From contig NC_090393.1 in the NCBI RefSeq assembly GCF_036365525.1, positions 12,966,785-13,030,784 on the forward strand: a DNA stretch of 64,000 bases, written 5' to 3'. Both the position numbers and the translations under genes were made by a program. The stretch is from Heterodontus francisci. Its lineage: Eukaryota. Of the stretch, positions 23,831 through 36,925 are shown one piece after another. A model generated the notes under the pieces. The model was not told where the DNA came from. It ran no database searches and saw nothing but the letters and a program-made list of their open reading frames with translations. How positions within the stretch are numbered: the first letter of the stretch is position 1; every line of letters begins with the position of its first letter.

Positions 23831-24707
23831 ATTATTATTATAATTATATTATTATAACCAAATTATTAATAGTCCCATTTGGCCAAATGGCCTGTGACTT
23901 TACATTCCAAGTTAAAAAAAATTCTTTACACCCTTCACTGGGAATTAATTTCCTTCACCTTTTTTTTGACAAGTACACCTGCATACTACCTATTGCATAA
24001 AGAACTCCCAATATTTGTTCTGATGCATAGGTACCCAAATCACAAGTCATTTACAGCTCTGTGCTAACTACCAGTATTAAAGAAGTGAAAGCAGTCACGG
24101 TAACAACAAATTATCGTTTGTACTCTGACAGTAGCAGCCAATGATTTTGACCCTCTGGTACTCAGGACTCCACTGACGGTGGTTTAAAAAAGCCTTCTCT
24201 GCAGCATAATGAGTTCTTCACACAGTTATAACAATTTTTTTTCTCCCTCAAAAAATACTATGATGATCACCTTAATAAATGAACACTGAATTTGCATGAC
24301 AAGAATGGTATATCCCAGTGGATTGAATGTGCACATTTTCTTGGCTTTAAGCAGTATTCCAGCACTTATTTTGAATATTTGCTGATGCATTTTGTAAGCT
24401 ATCTTGCCCTAGCATTGGGCTCTGCCAGTGAGTGATTTATTACTCCACGGTCCTGCACTTTTTTTAAAGCTCCTCTTGTTGTTTATCAGTGTTATTTCTA
24501 ATTACATGCTGCACTGTTCCAAAAATGGCACTGCAGGGACTAGTTACAACTGGGGATGGTTCCTCTCTGCCATTATTAATAGCTTGCTCGAGGCAGCTTG
24601 TTCTGGAAATGCTCTTGTGTTAACAGCTCCTTGGAGATTCCTGAAGGGTCAGTGTAACCTCGCTGAACCATCAGTCCAGAGCTCATGCTTTCCTGGATGC
24701 TAACAGG

Positions 24708-24797
24708 GACTACACTTCAAAAGTACATCATTGGCTGTAAAGTGCTTTGTGATGTCTGAGGTTGTGAAAGGTGCTACATAAATTCAGGTCTTTCTTG
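24708..24797 (+). mobile_element. Deu-SINE/L2-like tail fragment
   Basis: GACTACACTTCAAAAGTACATCATTGGCTGTAAAGTGCTTTG. Confidence 0.65.
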
Positions 24798-25162
24798 TTG
24801 GGTAATCTGTTCAACACAGTAAGAAGCCAGCTCTCTTTGCAATGGAAATCCAGGTTTAAATCAGACTTTTTAGAAGAGTGGTTTCTATCTTTAGCTTGCG
24901 TGTCACAGGTCCTCAGAAAACAGGAGCGAAGAAAAACATGGTTACGTTTATTTATTAGCTACGTTGAGCAGACTGAAGCGAAAAGCACCCATATGGCAAT
25001 CACTTTATGTCCTCTTAAATAACAAAGTGGTAGCAATGGGCTTGGTTCCTTAAAAAAGAATTGCATGGGTTCACATGGAGTGCATTTGCAGAAATGGTAA
25101 TTTTAAATCATTCTTTACAAAAGGTTGCTGCTTCGGGTAAATAATAAAAAGATTTTTAAAAA

Positions 25163-25490
25163 ACCTTGCATTTATCTAGCGGCTTTCAGGACATCCCATA
25201 ATGTTTTACAGCCAGTGAAGTACATGCCGAAGTGAAGTCACTGCTGCAATGTAGGAAAAGCAGCAGCCAATTTTCACAGAGCAAGATCCCACAAATATGC
25301 AATGTAATGATGGCCAGATGTGACGTTGGTTGAGGGATTAATGTTTGCCCAAGACACCAGGCGGCACTCCAATGCCCTTCTTTGAAATAGTGCCATGGGA
25401 TCTTTTATGTCCACCTGAGAGGGAAGATGGGGCTTCGGTTTAACGTCTCACCTGAAAGATGGCACCTCCGATAGTGTGGCATTCCCTAAT
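25163..25490 (-). mobile_element. Deu-domain SINE
   Basis: Reverse complement of the Deu core (AAATAGTGCCATGGGATCTTTTATGTCCACCTGAGAG). Confidence 0.75.
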
Positions 25491-26164
25491 GATTCGAAAG
25501 CCATGAGCAGTACTGCCAGTGAGCTAGGTAAAAACTGTCCCGTTATATAAGGATTGAGGTTAAAGCAGTGGTGGCTTGTGCCCTTTTTGGACAGGTGCGG
25601 CACAGCTTTACATGGCTAAGTGGCACCTGGCCCTTCCTAGTGGAATAGTAATAAGCCATTCAGTGCCCTCAAACTTGTTCCGCCATTCAATTAGGGTACA
25701 ATTAGGATTATGGCTGATCGATACATTAACTTCATCTACCTATCTTGGTTCCCTAACCTTTAACACCCTTGTTTAACAAAAATATTTCAACTATTTGCTT
25801 TAAATAACTAAAACATGACCCCTGGCTCACTTCTGGGAGGCTGCTTGCAAGAATGTGGTGCTCCCATGTTCCCAGATTTGAACTGAGAGAGTTGGCTTTA
25901 AGCTCTTCAAAAAGCTCGCTGTGCTTTTGCTATCTTAAAGTGCAGAAAGTGCTTCAAAAAACTTAAATGCTGGTTTCCAAGCGATCACCAACTGTGAGAG
26001 TTTTCTTGGGGGTTGACTGGCTTGGGAGGCAAGGGAAATACTCAGGAACTATGGTGAATGGGAAGGTGAGATGGGATAACCGTCGGGAGAAGAGTCGCTT
26101 TTAAATTTTTTCTCCTTTGATTTCTTTGTTCTCTTTCTTCCTTTATTTCCTCCTGTTCCTGCAG

Positions 26165-26600
26165 TCCTTTTATGGCCTGTGAAATCTTCATCTTCTATAC
26201 TCAAGGGAAGGACTATGCAATCTCCCTTATAATTTAACCCTTTTAGCTCTGGTATCTTCACTGCACCCTCTCCAAGGCCAATATATCCTTCCTGAGGTGC
26301 GGTACCCAGAAATGACTGCAGTACTCTTAATGTGATCTAACCAGAGCTTTAAACAACTGTGGTGTAATGCCTGCTCCTTTGTATCCTAGCCCTCTTCAGA
26401 TAAAGGCCAACATTCCATGGGCCTTCTAAATTAGGTTTTCAGAATTTCTCTACATGGACCCCACAGTTCTGACCTTCCTCCCCTTTAGAAAATAGTCTGA
26501 TCTATCTTTCTTAGCTCCTCACACTTCCTCATATTGAACTCCAACTGCCTACTCACAATCTGTCAAGTCCCTTTGCAACTCCCTGCTCTCATCTACACAA
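26165..26600 (-). mobile_element. Old CR1 fragment
   Basis: Reverse complement of the CR1 RT C-terminal region (CCCTCTCCAAGGCCAATATATCCTTCCTGAGGTGCGGTACCCAGAA). Confidence 0.7.
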
Positions 26601-26607
26601 CTTAACA

Positions 26608-27236
26608 CAATTAAGAAGGCAAGTAGTAAGCCAGCTTTTGCTATCAAGAGATTGGAGTATAAGAGTAAAGAAGTCTTACTACAATTACACAGAGCATTGG
26701 TGAGGCCACAGCTGGAGCACTGTGTGCAGTTTTGGTCTCCTTACCTAATTGCCCTAGAGGAAGTGCAACAAAGGTTCACTCGACTGGTTGCTGGGATGAG
26801 AGGATTGTCCTATGAGGAGAGATTGAGCAGACTAGGCCTGTATTCCCTGGAGTTTAGAAGAATGAGAGGTGATCTCATTGAAAGATATAAAATTCTTTGG
26901 GGGCTTGACAGGGTAGATGCTGAGAAAATGTTTCCAAACACGGGGTCACAGTCTCAGAAAAAGGGGTCAGCCACTTAGGATTGGGATGAGGAGAAATATC
27001 TTCATGCAAAGGGTTGTGAATCTTTGGAATTCTCTACCCCAGAGAGCTCTGGGTGCTCAGTTATCGAGTATATTCAAGAGAGAGGTCCATAGATTTTTGG
27101 ATACTAAGGGAATTAAGGGATATGGGGATAGTGCGGGAAGGTGGAGTTGAGTTGGAAGATCAGCCATGATCTTATTCAATGAAAGAGCACGCTCGAAGGG
27201 CCAAATGGCCGACTCCACCTCCTGGTTCTTATATTC
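26608..27236 (+). mobile_element. CR1/HER1 3' fragment
   Basis: EYKSKEVLLQLHRALVRPQLEHCVQFWSPYL..RRMRGDLIE..VVNLWNSLPQRA. Confidence 0.9.
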
Positions 27237-28409
27237 TCACTGTGGCACCTAACGTAGTATCATCAGCAAACAGTACTATATGCATTAATAATACATTATA
27301 GACAGCATAATAATAAACATTTTATCGTGTCTCTGTAATTTAATGAACATTTAGCATGTGCATGGATCTCAGGCCCATGGTACACACTATATTATATAAA
27401 ATATTGCATTACATATTATCTGAGGAGCGCTACTAGGCTGTGAGAATCAGATCTATGACAAAAGCAAAATGTGAATGCATGGGGCACCAAAATATTAAAC
27501 CAACTTTATCTAAGGCACAATCATCACTCTGATAGACGTCCTTAAAATTAATTAATGGGGGAGATTTAATTTGAACAATGTCTCGGCAGCAATGAAAACC
27601 ATAGAGGGAAGAAAAAGTCAGAATAAATCTTCTGAATTAAGAAGGACATTGACCAATAGAATGCAATGGACTGCAAGCACCATTCCAGTAAATGGCAATC
27701 TATGCAAGGACGACAAAGGGACATGAATTTAAATTTCCCCTATTTTCTGATTGCTTCGTAAACGCATTTTAGCCTTGGGAAAGCGATAAAGAATACTAAG
27801 TGCAGATACTTTGCTCAATGTGAAGGCAACTTCATGAGATATCACAATGTATTAAAATGATTTAAAGAGGCATTAGGGAGCAAACGTGATGGAAAACATT
27901 ACCTTCTGTCCCAGGTCACAGCGGCAGAAAAATATAGCTTTAATAAAACTTCAAGGCTTTAAATTGATACAACTGCTATTGGTAAGAAGGCCAGGAGAAA
28001 ATAGCAAAGATTTTTTTTTGTTTGAGCCTTCCCAATAAATTTTAAAAGTAAATTGTCCAGATGGAGTAATGCAATTTTAATGGAGGAAAAATTATACCTT
28101 TCTCAAAGTGGCTTTGACATTCTTTTTTCGAAAAATTGTAGTGCAATTTGAAATTTGTTTAAAAAGCTTTTGCAGAAAGCGGCCAGCTGACTTGAAATGC
28201 TGCTCTCCAGCTGATGCTTCTGACGGGTGATATTTAAAATCAGAAATTCTGAGAGGCTTTAGAAGCTTACAAAATCCCTTCAGAAAGATAACCTTTTCCA
28301 TTTTAAGCTTTTTTGGTGTTAATCGGCTGTTGAAATCAACCTGTTCTGCCGGTTTTTTTCTCTTCCCGTTTCCCTTTATCTATTCCTGATCGTACTTACT
28401 CTTCATGAG

Positions 28410-28662
28410 TATCAATGATGCACTGGTACCTTACCACTGAATGCTTTTGGATTATTCGACCATGGGGGCATCACAGCCAAGCCCCATGCTGGCTTTACTC
28501 AACTGCGTGTGCTTTCCTGCGTAACTCAATGCAAGCCAGGGTCCCTGGTTTTGGTTTTTACCCATTACCCAGCTCAAGGAGACCAAATATGAAGCCCCTG
28601 ACACTCTACCCTTGTAGCAGCAGCTAACTCAGCACAGAGCACAGGATCAAGCCCTGGACCTA
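28410..28662 (-). mobile_element. Ancient tRNA-derived SINE remnant (LmeSINE1-like)
   Basis: Minus strand has CTGTGCTGAGTTAGCTG and GGGCTTGGCTGTGATGCCCCCATGGTCGAATA, resembling the recalled LmeSINE1 consensus. Related remnant at ~36380-37110. Confidence 0.45.
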
Positions 28663-28664
28663 CG

Positions 28665-29040
28665 CTAGAACAGGGAAGAACTGAAGGGTGAACTGAAAGA
28701 GGTCTTTAAGATAATGAAAGGGTGGAAAATGTTTCCCCTTGTGGCGGATGCCAAAATTAGAGGTCATAAATATTAGTTATAACCCTTTCACTAAGGAATT
28801 CAGGAGAAATCTCTTCACTGAAAGAGTGGGGAGAATGTGGAAATTGCAACCACAAGGAGTAGATCAGGCAAATTGCATAGATGCATTTAAGGGGAAACTA
28901 GTCAAGTTCCTGAGGGTGAAAATCACAGAAGATAATGTTAATAGGATTAGATGAAGAGGAACAGAGGAGGTTTGCGTAGAACATAAACATCAGCATACAC
29001 CAGTTGGGCCGAATGATCTGTTTTGGCACTGTAGACTCAA
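28665..29040 (+). mobile_element. CR1 3' fragment
   Basis: KEFRRNLFTERVGRMWKLQPQGV..IDAFKGKL and a 3' UTR. Confidence 0.8.
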
Positions 29041-29085
29041 TGTTCGTCTCAGAACCAAACTGGTCAGCACATATACAAAATTGAG

Positions 29086-29408
29086 TTTATTTTTTTTATT
29101 TAGAAATACAGCACTGAAACAGGCCCTTCACCCCACTGAGTCTGTGCTGACCAACAACCACCCATTTATACTAACCCTACAGTAATCCCATATTCCCTAC
29201 CACCTACCTACACTAGGAGCAATCTACAATGGCCAATTTACCTATCACCTGCAAGTCTTTGGTAGTGGAAGGAAACCAGAGCACCCGGCAAAAACCCACA
29301 TGGTCACAGGGAGAACTTGCAAACTCCACACAGGCAGCACCCAGAATTGAAACTGGGTCCCTGGAGCTGTGAGGCTGCGGTGCTAACCACTGCGCCACTG
29401 TGCCGCCC
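29086..29408 (-). mobile_element. HE1-like V-SINE
   Basis: Near-identical organisation to 19759-20080. Confidence 0.9.
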
Positions 29409-29444
29409 ATACCACTGTATTATCTGGGGAGCTTATGGTGCTCT

Positions 29445-29579
29445 TTCTGATGAAAGGTCACAGACCTGAAACGTTAACTTCGCTTCTCTCTCCACAGATG
29501 CTGCCAGACCTGCTGGGTTTTCCAGAAATTTCTGTTTTTATTTCAGATTTCCAGCATCTGCAGTATATTGCTTTTATTA
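29445..29579 (+). mobile_element. Penelope-type pseudo-LTR with hammerhead core
   Basis: CTGATGA-A-AGGTC-ACA-GACCT-GAAA-CGT-T-AACT at 29447-29479, followed by the family body. Confidence 0.8.
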
Positions 29580-30207
29580 CTGTGTTCTCTGATGGTTTTA
29601 GGCCCTTACATTTTTCCACAAGAAAAATATTCAAGAATGTTATTTTTAAAAGAAATCTTTTGTTTGCAATGCTCAGACGTGGGGTAGCCTCTCCTTTTTG
29701 CTGTGATAATTAATAGCCAATATATCACGTACAGGAAACGGTCAGGCTAGCAGCAGTTTCAGTAATAAAGGAGTTAATTGGACAGCAACATCCATCATCC
29801 ACGCATATACAGTTAAAGGCAGAAATTAGGAAGTTGTTGCCCAATTTGCCCTGCTCCTTCACAAGCCATGCTACACTGGTACCTTGCCAAGAGATTCAGC
29901 ATTCAAACACAAGAAGGGCGTGAAGTTCTGGTACTTAGTCACGAGATCCAGTGCAGTGCAGTCCCATTCCTTCAGATTTTAATTATTGTTGGAGATTTTT
30001 ACAAAATTAAAAAATAAAATAAAAATGTTTTGTTTTACTTCATTTTCCCATCTTCTCTCTCTCTCTTAATCACATTTTTCTTACTCTCTCTTTATTTTGC
30101 TTTCTGTACCTGATTTGACATTGAATTAAATATCGTGACATGTCCCGTTTTAGACTCTGTGCCGCTCAGTTAGGATTCTGCAACCTGATTAATTGAAGAG
30201 ATTCATG

Positions 30208-30951
30208 GGGCTGAATTTTATGGATCCCCCCCTGAGATGGATTCGGAGGCTGGTGGGCCCCGTAGAATTGCAACAGGGAGTGGAGGGCCAGTCGCCTCCA
30301 CATTGCAACGCAATTTTGTTGGGGGTGGGATAGGCTGACAATGGCCTTCCTGCCCAAAGGTGAATTGAGGCCCTTAAGAAGCCTATTAATAGCCACTTAA
30401 GGGCATCTACCCAAACCATTAAGCCAGCATGAAGGGGCCTCTGCTATACGGGGATGTAGTCCAGTAAAATGAGGTGACGTCCCTTCAGGATTGGTGGGTT
30501 GGGGGAGGCCTCCTCTGTGGGAAATCTATGGCCCATGGAGGTCCCCTGCCAGGTACACCTTCCTGTATCCCCTTCCCCTTTACTCAACTTCCACCCTCCA
30601 GCCCCACCCTCCCCGCTTGCGGACAGGCCCCGGCCACCCCGCCTCACTTACCTGAGATCTGGATCTCCAGGGCTGGGCCAGGGTCCAAGGTCTCTGCAGT
30701 GCCGGCAGTGGCCACTGCTCCCGGTGGTACTGCTGATACTGTTGAGCTGGGAGTCCCATAATTGGCCAGCAGCTCTTGGAGGCGGGATTCCTTTCTTTAA
30801 AGGGATGGGGTCCTGGCACCGGGCTGTTGATTGGCCCAGCGCCATAGAATCGCACCGGGGGGTGCGGGGCGGGGGTGTTCCCGCTGGCTGAGGCAAGATT
30901 CCCCTTTTGGCCTGGCACCAGTAGCCCAGACGTGGGCATATAATTTAGCCC
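30208..30951. mobile_element. GC-rich MITE (PIF/Harbinger-like), subfamily A
   Basis: GGGCTGAATTTT ... TAATTTAGCCC termini; internal palindrome GCCCTTAAG..CTTAAGGGC. Confidence 0.75.
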
Positions 30952-31227
30952 ACCATTACTTGTTCTGTTCACACAGATGACCTGCAGAGGGTGCATCACT
31001 GTCACAGACTCCCGACGGCCATACGTTGCCACTCAAAAGCTCACAAGAAGTCTGCGGGCAGCTGCAAACGTAATGAATGGTTAACATAGTTTCTTCGCCA
31101 CTGACCACAAAGTCTAGGCTGTTATAATCAGTATTCGTTCAAGTCCTGCATCCAATATTTTCTGCCCCTACTTTGACGGGACTGCAAGAATCTCTTTCAA
31201 TTGTGATCTGAATCATTCAACAAATTC

Positions 31228-31690
31228 AGAGAATGTTAGCTATGATGAGAGATTGGATAGGCTGGGATTGTTTTCTTTCAAAGAGAGAGAGCTGAAGGAA
31301 GATTTCATTGGGGTGAATAAAGTTATGGTGAGCCGAGAGGAGCCTAGATAGAGTGGCTAGGAGGGACCTAATTCTGTTAGCAGAGAGATCACTAATTACG
31401 GGCAGAGATTTAAAATAATTGGTAGAAGGATTAGAGGGGAGTTGAGAGGAAATTGTTTTCACCCAGAAGATGGTGGGGGTCTGAAACTCACTGCCTGAAA
31501 TCGTGGTAGAGGCAGAAACCCTCATCACATTGAAAAACACTTGGATACACACTTGAAGTGCTGTAACCTACAACGCTACAGACCAAGAGCTGGAAGGTGG
31601 GATTAAGCTGGATAGCCCTTTTTCAGCTGGCACATACACGATGGGCTGAAAGGCCTTTTTCTGTACTGTACTTTTTCTGCATTTCTACAC
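31228..31690 (+). mobile_element. CR1 3' fragment
   Basis: GAGAGATTGGATAGGCTGGGATTGTTTTC..TTTTCACCCAG..AACTCACTGCCTGAAA..GGGCTGAAAGGCC. Confidence 0.82.
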
Positions 31691-32106
31691 ACGCGATAGT
31701 CATTGCTCTTTTGAGCCTCCCTTTCTGAGATCAGTTAAAAAAAAACAGACAAGGAACCAAGTGTCAACACTCTAACACATCCCAAACACTCAGATTCCAC
31801 ACCTGATTTACAGTGAGGATTGTAACTTGTAGAATAGAATCACTTGGGGTAGAGTAATATGGATTGTAATGTTAGATGGATCACTTGCATGTTTTATTTT
31901 TGCACAGTTACCTTTGAGAGTAGGGAATATATTTCACAGCTTGCAAATTTTTACCTCCCTCAGGAAATAAGCCCGTGACAATGTAAACTATACACGGTTG
32001 GTTGCAGACAACAGATTTAATGCACTGAGTTGTCTTCCCTATTTCTAGATGTTCTCTTGTTGTACTTTTAATCGCCCCCTTCCTAAAATGGATCCTTTTA
32101 GACACG

Positions 32107-32894
32107 GGGCTGGATTTTATAAGCTTGCTGCCGAGAATGGCGGTCTGCCCCATGCAGACCGCACGTTGCGGAGCCGCTGTGATATTCAGCGCAATGGCTC
32201 ATTTCAATGGCCGGGGCAGACTGCCCCACACCCCTCCCCCGATTATGCCATATTTTAAAGGGCTTCGAGACCTTCCACTTCATTTAAATATCGAAAGATA
32301 CAGTTAATTAAAATGGATTCAACGACATGAAGTAACTGTTTCTAGCCCCTCTCCCACCCCTCAATAAACACAGAATTCATCCCCTGCCCTCTCCCCCATA
32401 AAATACTTAGCTTGTGCACCAGACCTTTTTCCCCTCCTCCACTGCCCACAAACTTTAATTGTTACCCCTTCCCACCATCCCCTACACCAATCGGAGGAGT
32501 TTGACCCCGCTTGCCCCTCTTGCACTGAGATACTTACCTGCTCCCCCCCTCCCCACCAGTGCCCCACATTGGATCCACGGACGGGTATCCGAAGGCACGG
32601 GAGTGCCGGCCACCAGCACCAACATGGCACCAGGCGGGAGCAGGTAAGTACTTAATTCAATGATTTAAATAAATTTCCCTGTGCTAATTTGGCTCCCGTC
32701 GCCGAGTGGCTGGGGGGCCGTCATGAGGCCCAGCCAGCACTGTCAATATCGGGCCAAGCCTTCCCGAAGCCGGGACCAGTGGCAGGCCTCTGCCGGAGGC
32801 ATTTTCCACCCCCCACCCCTACTCCACTCCCCTCACCCCCCCACCCCCCCCTCCGCCATGACCCCTGACGTCAGGGGGTTGTAAAGTCCAGCAC
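32107..32894. mobile_element. GC-rich MITE, subfamily B (opposite orientation to the 17974 copy)
   Basis: GGGCTGGATTTT ... AAAGTCCAGCAC termini; flanks ACG/ACT. Confidence 0.75.
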
Positions 32895-33271
32895 ACTGTT
32901 TCTGGCCCATGGCTCCTCCATTGGTGTTCATTCGCTACAACTGTAAAAGAATGAATCTGAGTTTTTTGCACTGTATAATCTTCACCAATTCAGCACTGTC
33001 AAAAATAGTAACCATCCAATTTTCCTGGAATCATGCAGGTTGAGGTTTTCCCCATCTCATACCTAGTGGGGCCAAATTCCCCAATAGCTATTGCTTTCCT
33101 TATTTTAACAACTTATCAACTCCAGTTTCGCATCATTATACATTTCTGGGAAACTTGATGTTGCTTCATATCATTCTACGGGGATAGTTATGACCTTGTG
33201 CTATGGTGGAAGATAGGCTTGCTATTGCCTGTTTCATACCATCCCACAAAGCTAATGTTACCCCTTATATC

Positions 33272-34410
33272 CCTCTTCTTCTTATGTAGGCGCTCGGCAC
33301 CGAGGATGACTTACTTGCATTCTGGTTCAACGCCTTCTAACATGGCTAACGAGTCAGATGCGCGAACCGCAGACTCTACCACGTGTGTGGCGGGGGTGTT
33401 GGAAGAGTTGGATAGATGAGTTACTTGGGGGGCTGTGCGCTCCTTCCGCCGCATGGATTTGGCTTTCACATGCTCCCATTGAAATCTGACGAGGTGCTCG
33501 GTACCTTCCCGAATGCACCTTTTTCACTTTGAGCAGTCGAGGGACAGGGATTCCCATGAGTCGGTGGGTATGTTGGATTTCTTCAGGGATCCCATGAGAA
33601 CTTCCATAAAGCATTTCCTCTGTTCTTCTTTTGTCACAAGGTAGCTAGTAAAGCAGTTTCAGGCATCTGAGTGATGTAACCCACCCAGCAAAGCTGGTTT
33701 TTTTAAAATTTAGAGATACAGCACTGAAACAGGCCCTTCGGCCCACCGAGTCTGTGCCGACCAGCAACCACCCGTTTATACTAACCCTGTAGTAATCCCA
33801 TATTCCCTACCACCTACCTACACTAGGGGCAATTTACAACGGCCAATTTACCTACCAACCTGCAAGTCTTTGGCTGTGGGAGGAAACCGGAGCACCCACA
33901 CAGTCACAGGGAGAACTTGCAAACTCCACACAGGCAGTACCCAGAATCGAACCCAGGTCGCTGGAGCTGTGAGGCTGCAGTGCTAACCACTGCACCACTG
34001 TGCTGTCCATGATTGCGTGATTAGCACCTGGATGTTGGGAATGTTGGTTTGGGAGAAGATGCTGACAGTAGACCAGCTATCCTGCCAACCCATATGAAGG
34101 AGTTTGCGGACCTGGCATTGTTAGTATTTCTCCACTGCCTTGACGTCCCTGCTGAAGATTGTCCACGTCTCTGTGCATGTCGCAGTGCAGGGATCACCGC
34201 AGCCTAGTACACCATGACCTTAGTACCGGGTTTGAAGTCCTAGTCCTCGAATATTCTTCTCCTCAGTCAGCCAAAGGCAGAGCTGGCACATTGAAGCTGG
34301 TAGTGGATTACGTCACCTATGCCTGTCTTCTTTGAGAGGAGACTCCCGTGATGTGGAAAATGGTCGTTTTCCAGGATCTCGCCATGGATCCTGATCAACA
34401 GAGGATGATG
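33272..34410 (-). mobile_element. RTE-clade (BovB/Expander-like) LINE 3' portion, interrupted by an HE1 SINE
   Basis: Minus strand translates DHFPHHGSLLS..IHYQLQCASSAFG*LRRRIFED*DFKPGTKVMVY*AAVIPAL (RTE RT C-terminus); (AAG)n 3' tail at ~33273. Confidence 0.8.
33698..34008 (-). mobile_element. HE1-like V-SINE nested in RTE
   Basis: Same family as the copies at 19759 and 29086. Confidence 0.9.
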
Positions 34411-34426
34411 TTGTGCTGCTTATATA

Positions 34427-34697
34427 TGAAATATATAAAATTCTTAAGGGGCTTGACAGGGTAGATGCTGAGAAAATGTTTCCCCTGGCTGGGGAATCTA
34501 GAACATGGCGTCACAATCTCAGAATAAGGGGTTGGCCATTTAGGACTGAGATGAGGAGAAATGTCTTCACTCAAAGAGTGGTGAATCTTTGGAATTCTCT
34601 ACCCCAGAGAGCTGTGGATGCTCAGTCACTGAGATATTCAAGACAGATGCCAATTGATTTTAAGGGAAATAAGGGATATGGGGATAGTGCAGGAAGA
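34427..34697 (+). mobile_element. CR1/HER1 3' fragment
   Basis: EIYKILKGLDRVDAEKMFPLAGESRT..RRNVFTQRVVNLWNSLPQRAV. Confidence 0.88.
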
Positions 34698-36496
34698 CAG
34701 ATTCATCTTCTGCTTGCTCATCTGATCAGTTCATTTCTTTCTTCTTTGAAGACAGTATGAACGAAAGAAAGATTTTGCATTTCTGTGGTGCCATTCACCA
34801 AAGCATATCATAATCAATGGAGTGTCAATGTGCTGCTGTGTCACTGCTTTAAGGAGTTGGAAAACTCCACCATTCACTGCCAACTCATATACTTCTTTCC
34901 CCTATAAAAATACAGCATTTCTATAGATGTAGGAGTATTAAAAATTCTACAGAAACCAACTCTTCATCCGAAACTAGTTATCATCAACAACAAGTTGCAT
35001 TTATATATCATCTTTAACATAATGAAACATCCCAAAGTAGTCACAAGTAAGCAGTGGTGGGAAAGGGATAGGAGGAAGGCATTGAAAGTGAGATTGAATG
35101 CTCTATTGGCACTGACACATCCTGAGGAGGAGGTAAGGTGCAATGCAAAAACAAGTCCTTTCCTTTTAGTTTCTGGATGGATAGACTCGGTCCTCAGAGT
35201 CAATGAAAAAGCACTGAGATATTAAAACAGAACTGCACTCAATTTGCCCAGGAAACGGACACACACCAATTTCACAAACTGCTTCTAGCAATAAAGTAAC
35301 AATTTACCAAAAGGTGACAGGCTGGGGACTGCGGCTGATGCTTTCCCTTTTCAGTTAAGTAATGAAAGGGAAAGATCAACTTCATGAGCATCTCTGCGTC
35401 TCTGGTAACTGCAGCCACCGTATTAGTTTATGTTAACTCATGGAAATTTACTGCAACTATCAATCCTAGAAAATCGCAAAATGATTCCTCAAATTTACCT
35501 TAGCATGCGGCACGCTTCAAGTTAATTGAAATCTTGCTTCTATTTGATTTAAGCTCATTTGAAAAAAACTGTTACAATGAATTATAATTAATTTTAACAT
35601 CGTTTTTGCATACCTCATTCTTTTTATTAAATCAATGTCTTTAAGGAGTTACACACAGATGACCCCACAATGGGAAACCAATTGAGGAACTTGCAAGAAA
35701 ACTGGATTATCATCAATATAAATACAGTCATTAATCCTGAAGCACTCCTAATTTAATGAGTATGTTAATTCAGTCCCTCGATGCTTTCAGGTTTGATAAC
35801 TCTTCCAAGTCGGTTCTCTCAATGTCATCGCAATTGACTTGTTTTTCCAATTTTCATTTCCTCTTTTCCTGATAAGGGAAATTCAGTGATTCCACATGCA
35901 TGGCAGAGGGCACCTTTCAAAATGGAGTACAGATCACACAGTCCACTCAACAGTAATATCGCCCTCTCTCTGACCTGTGATCCCATCAAGTGCTGGAAAC
36001 ACGGGATCACTTACTTTAGCCAATGGTTCCAGGTATCATTGCCAACTCTGCTGTACATGTTACTGGAGGTAGCATCACATGACCTGCCTGCAAATAACAA
36101 CCCCATGCCCACCTTCCCAGCACTGATCGTCCAATATGTCCAACCTCGCTGTGCCCCGCCTTCCCACGCCAATTAAAAACAAACAAACTCGTCATTACCC
36201 AATTGGATGATTCTTGACTGTCAACTTAAGAAATGAAAGTGTTCAAGGAAAATTCAATAAAAGGGTTCTTTTTGCCCAGTAATAGCTCTCCCGGGTTAAA
36301 GAATGCAGTGTCCAGGAGATTAATCTCTAATTCCTGGAGACTGGAGGACAATCCTGGACAACCACAATTCCAGAGTGCCAGAAGCTTTCTGGTCAGTCAC
36401 CCAAGGGGCTATTCTTCATGAATGAGTGGTAACAGTAAGTTTAAATGAGTTATACGACTGCTGGGGGCACATCAGAGCTAAGACTGATCCCATCCT

Positions 36497-36925
36497 AAGA
36501 ACAGAAGAAACAGGAGCAGGAGTGGGTCATACAGCCCCTAGAACCTGCTCCGCCATTCAATAAAATCATTGTTGATCTACTTTAACTGCACTTTCCCATC
36601 CTATTCCCATATCACTCGATTCTCTGACTGTCCAAAAATCTATCGGTCTCAGCCTTGGAAAAACTCCACAACTGAGCACCCACAACCTTCTGGGGTACAG
36701 AATTCCAAAGATTCACAACCCTCGAAGTGAAGAAATTTCTTCTCATCTCAATCCTAAATGGCCAACTCCTTATGCTGAGACTGTGATCACTAATTCTAGA
36801 TTCTCCAGCCAGGCGAAACATCCTCTCAGCACCTACCCTGTCAAACCCTGTAAGAATTTTATAATTTCAATGAGATCACCTCTCATTCTTTATACTCCAG
36901 AGAATACAGGCAAATTCCGCTCACG
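36497..36925 (-). mobile_element. CR1/HER1 3' fragment
   Basis: MFRLAGESRI..RRNFFTSRVVNLWNSVPQKVV and a 3' UTR. Confidence 0.88.
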
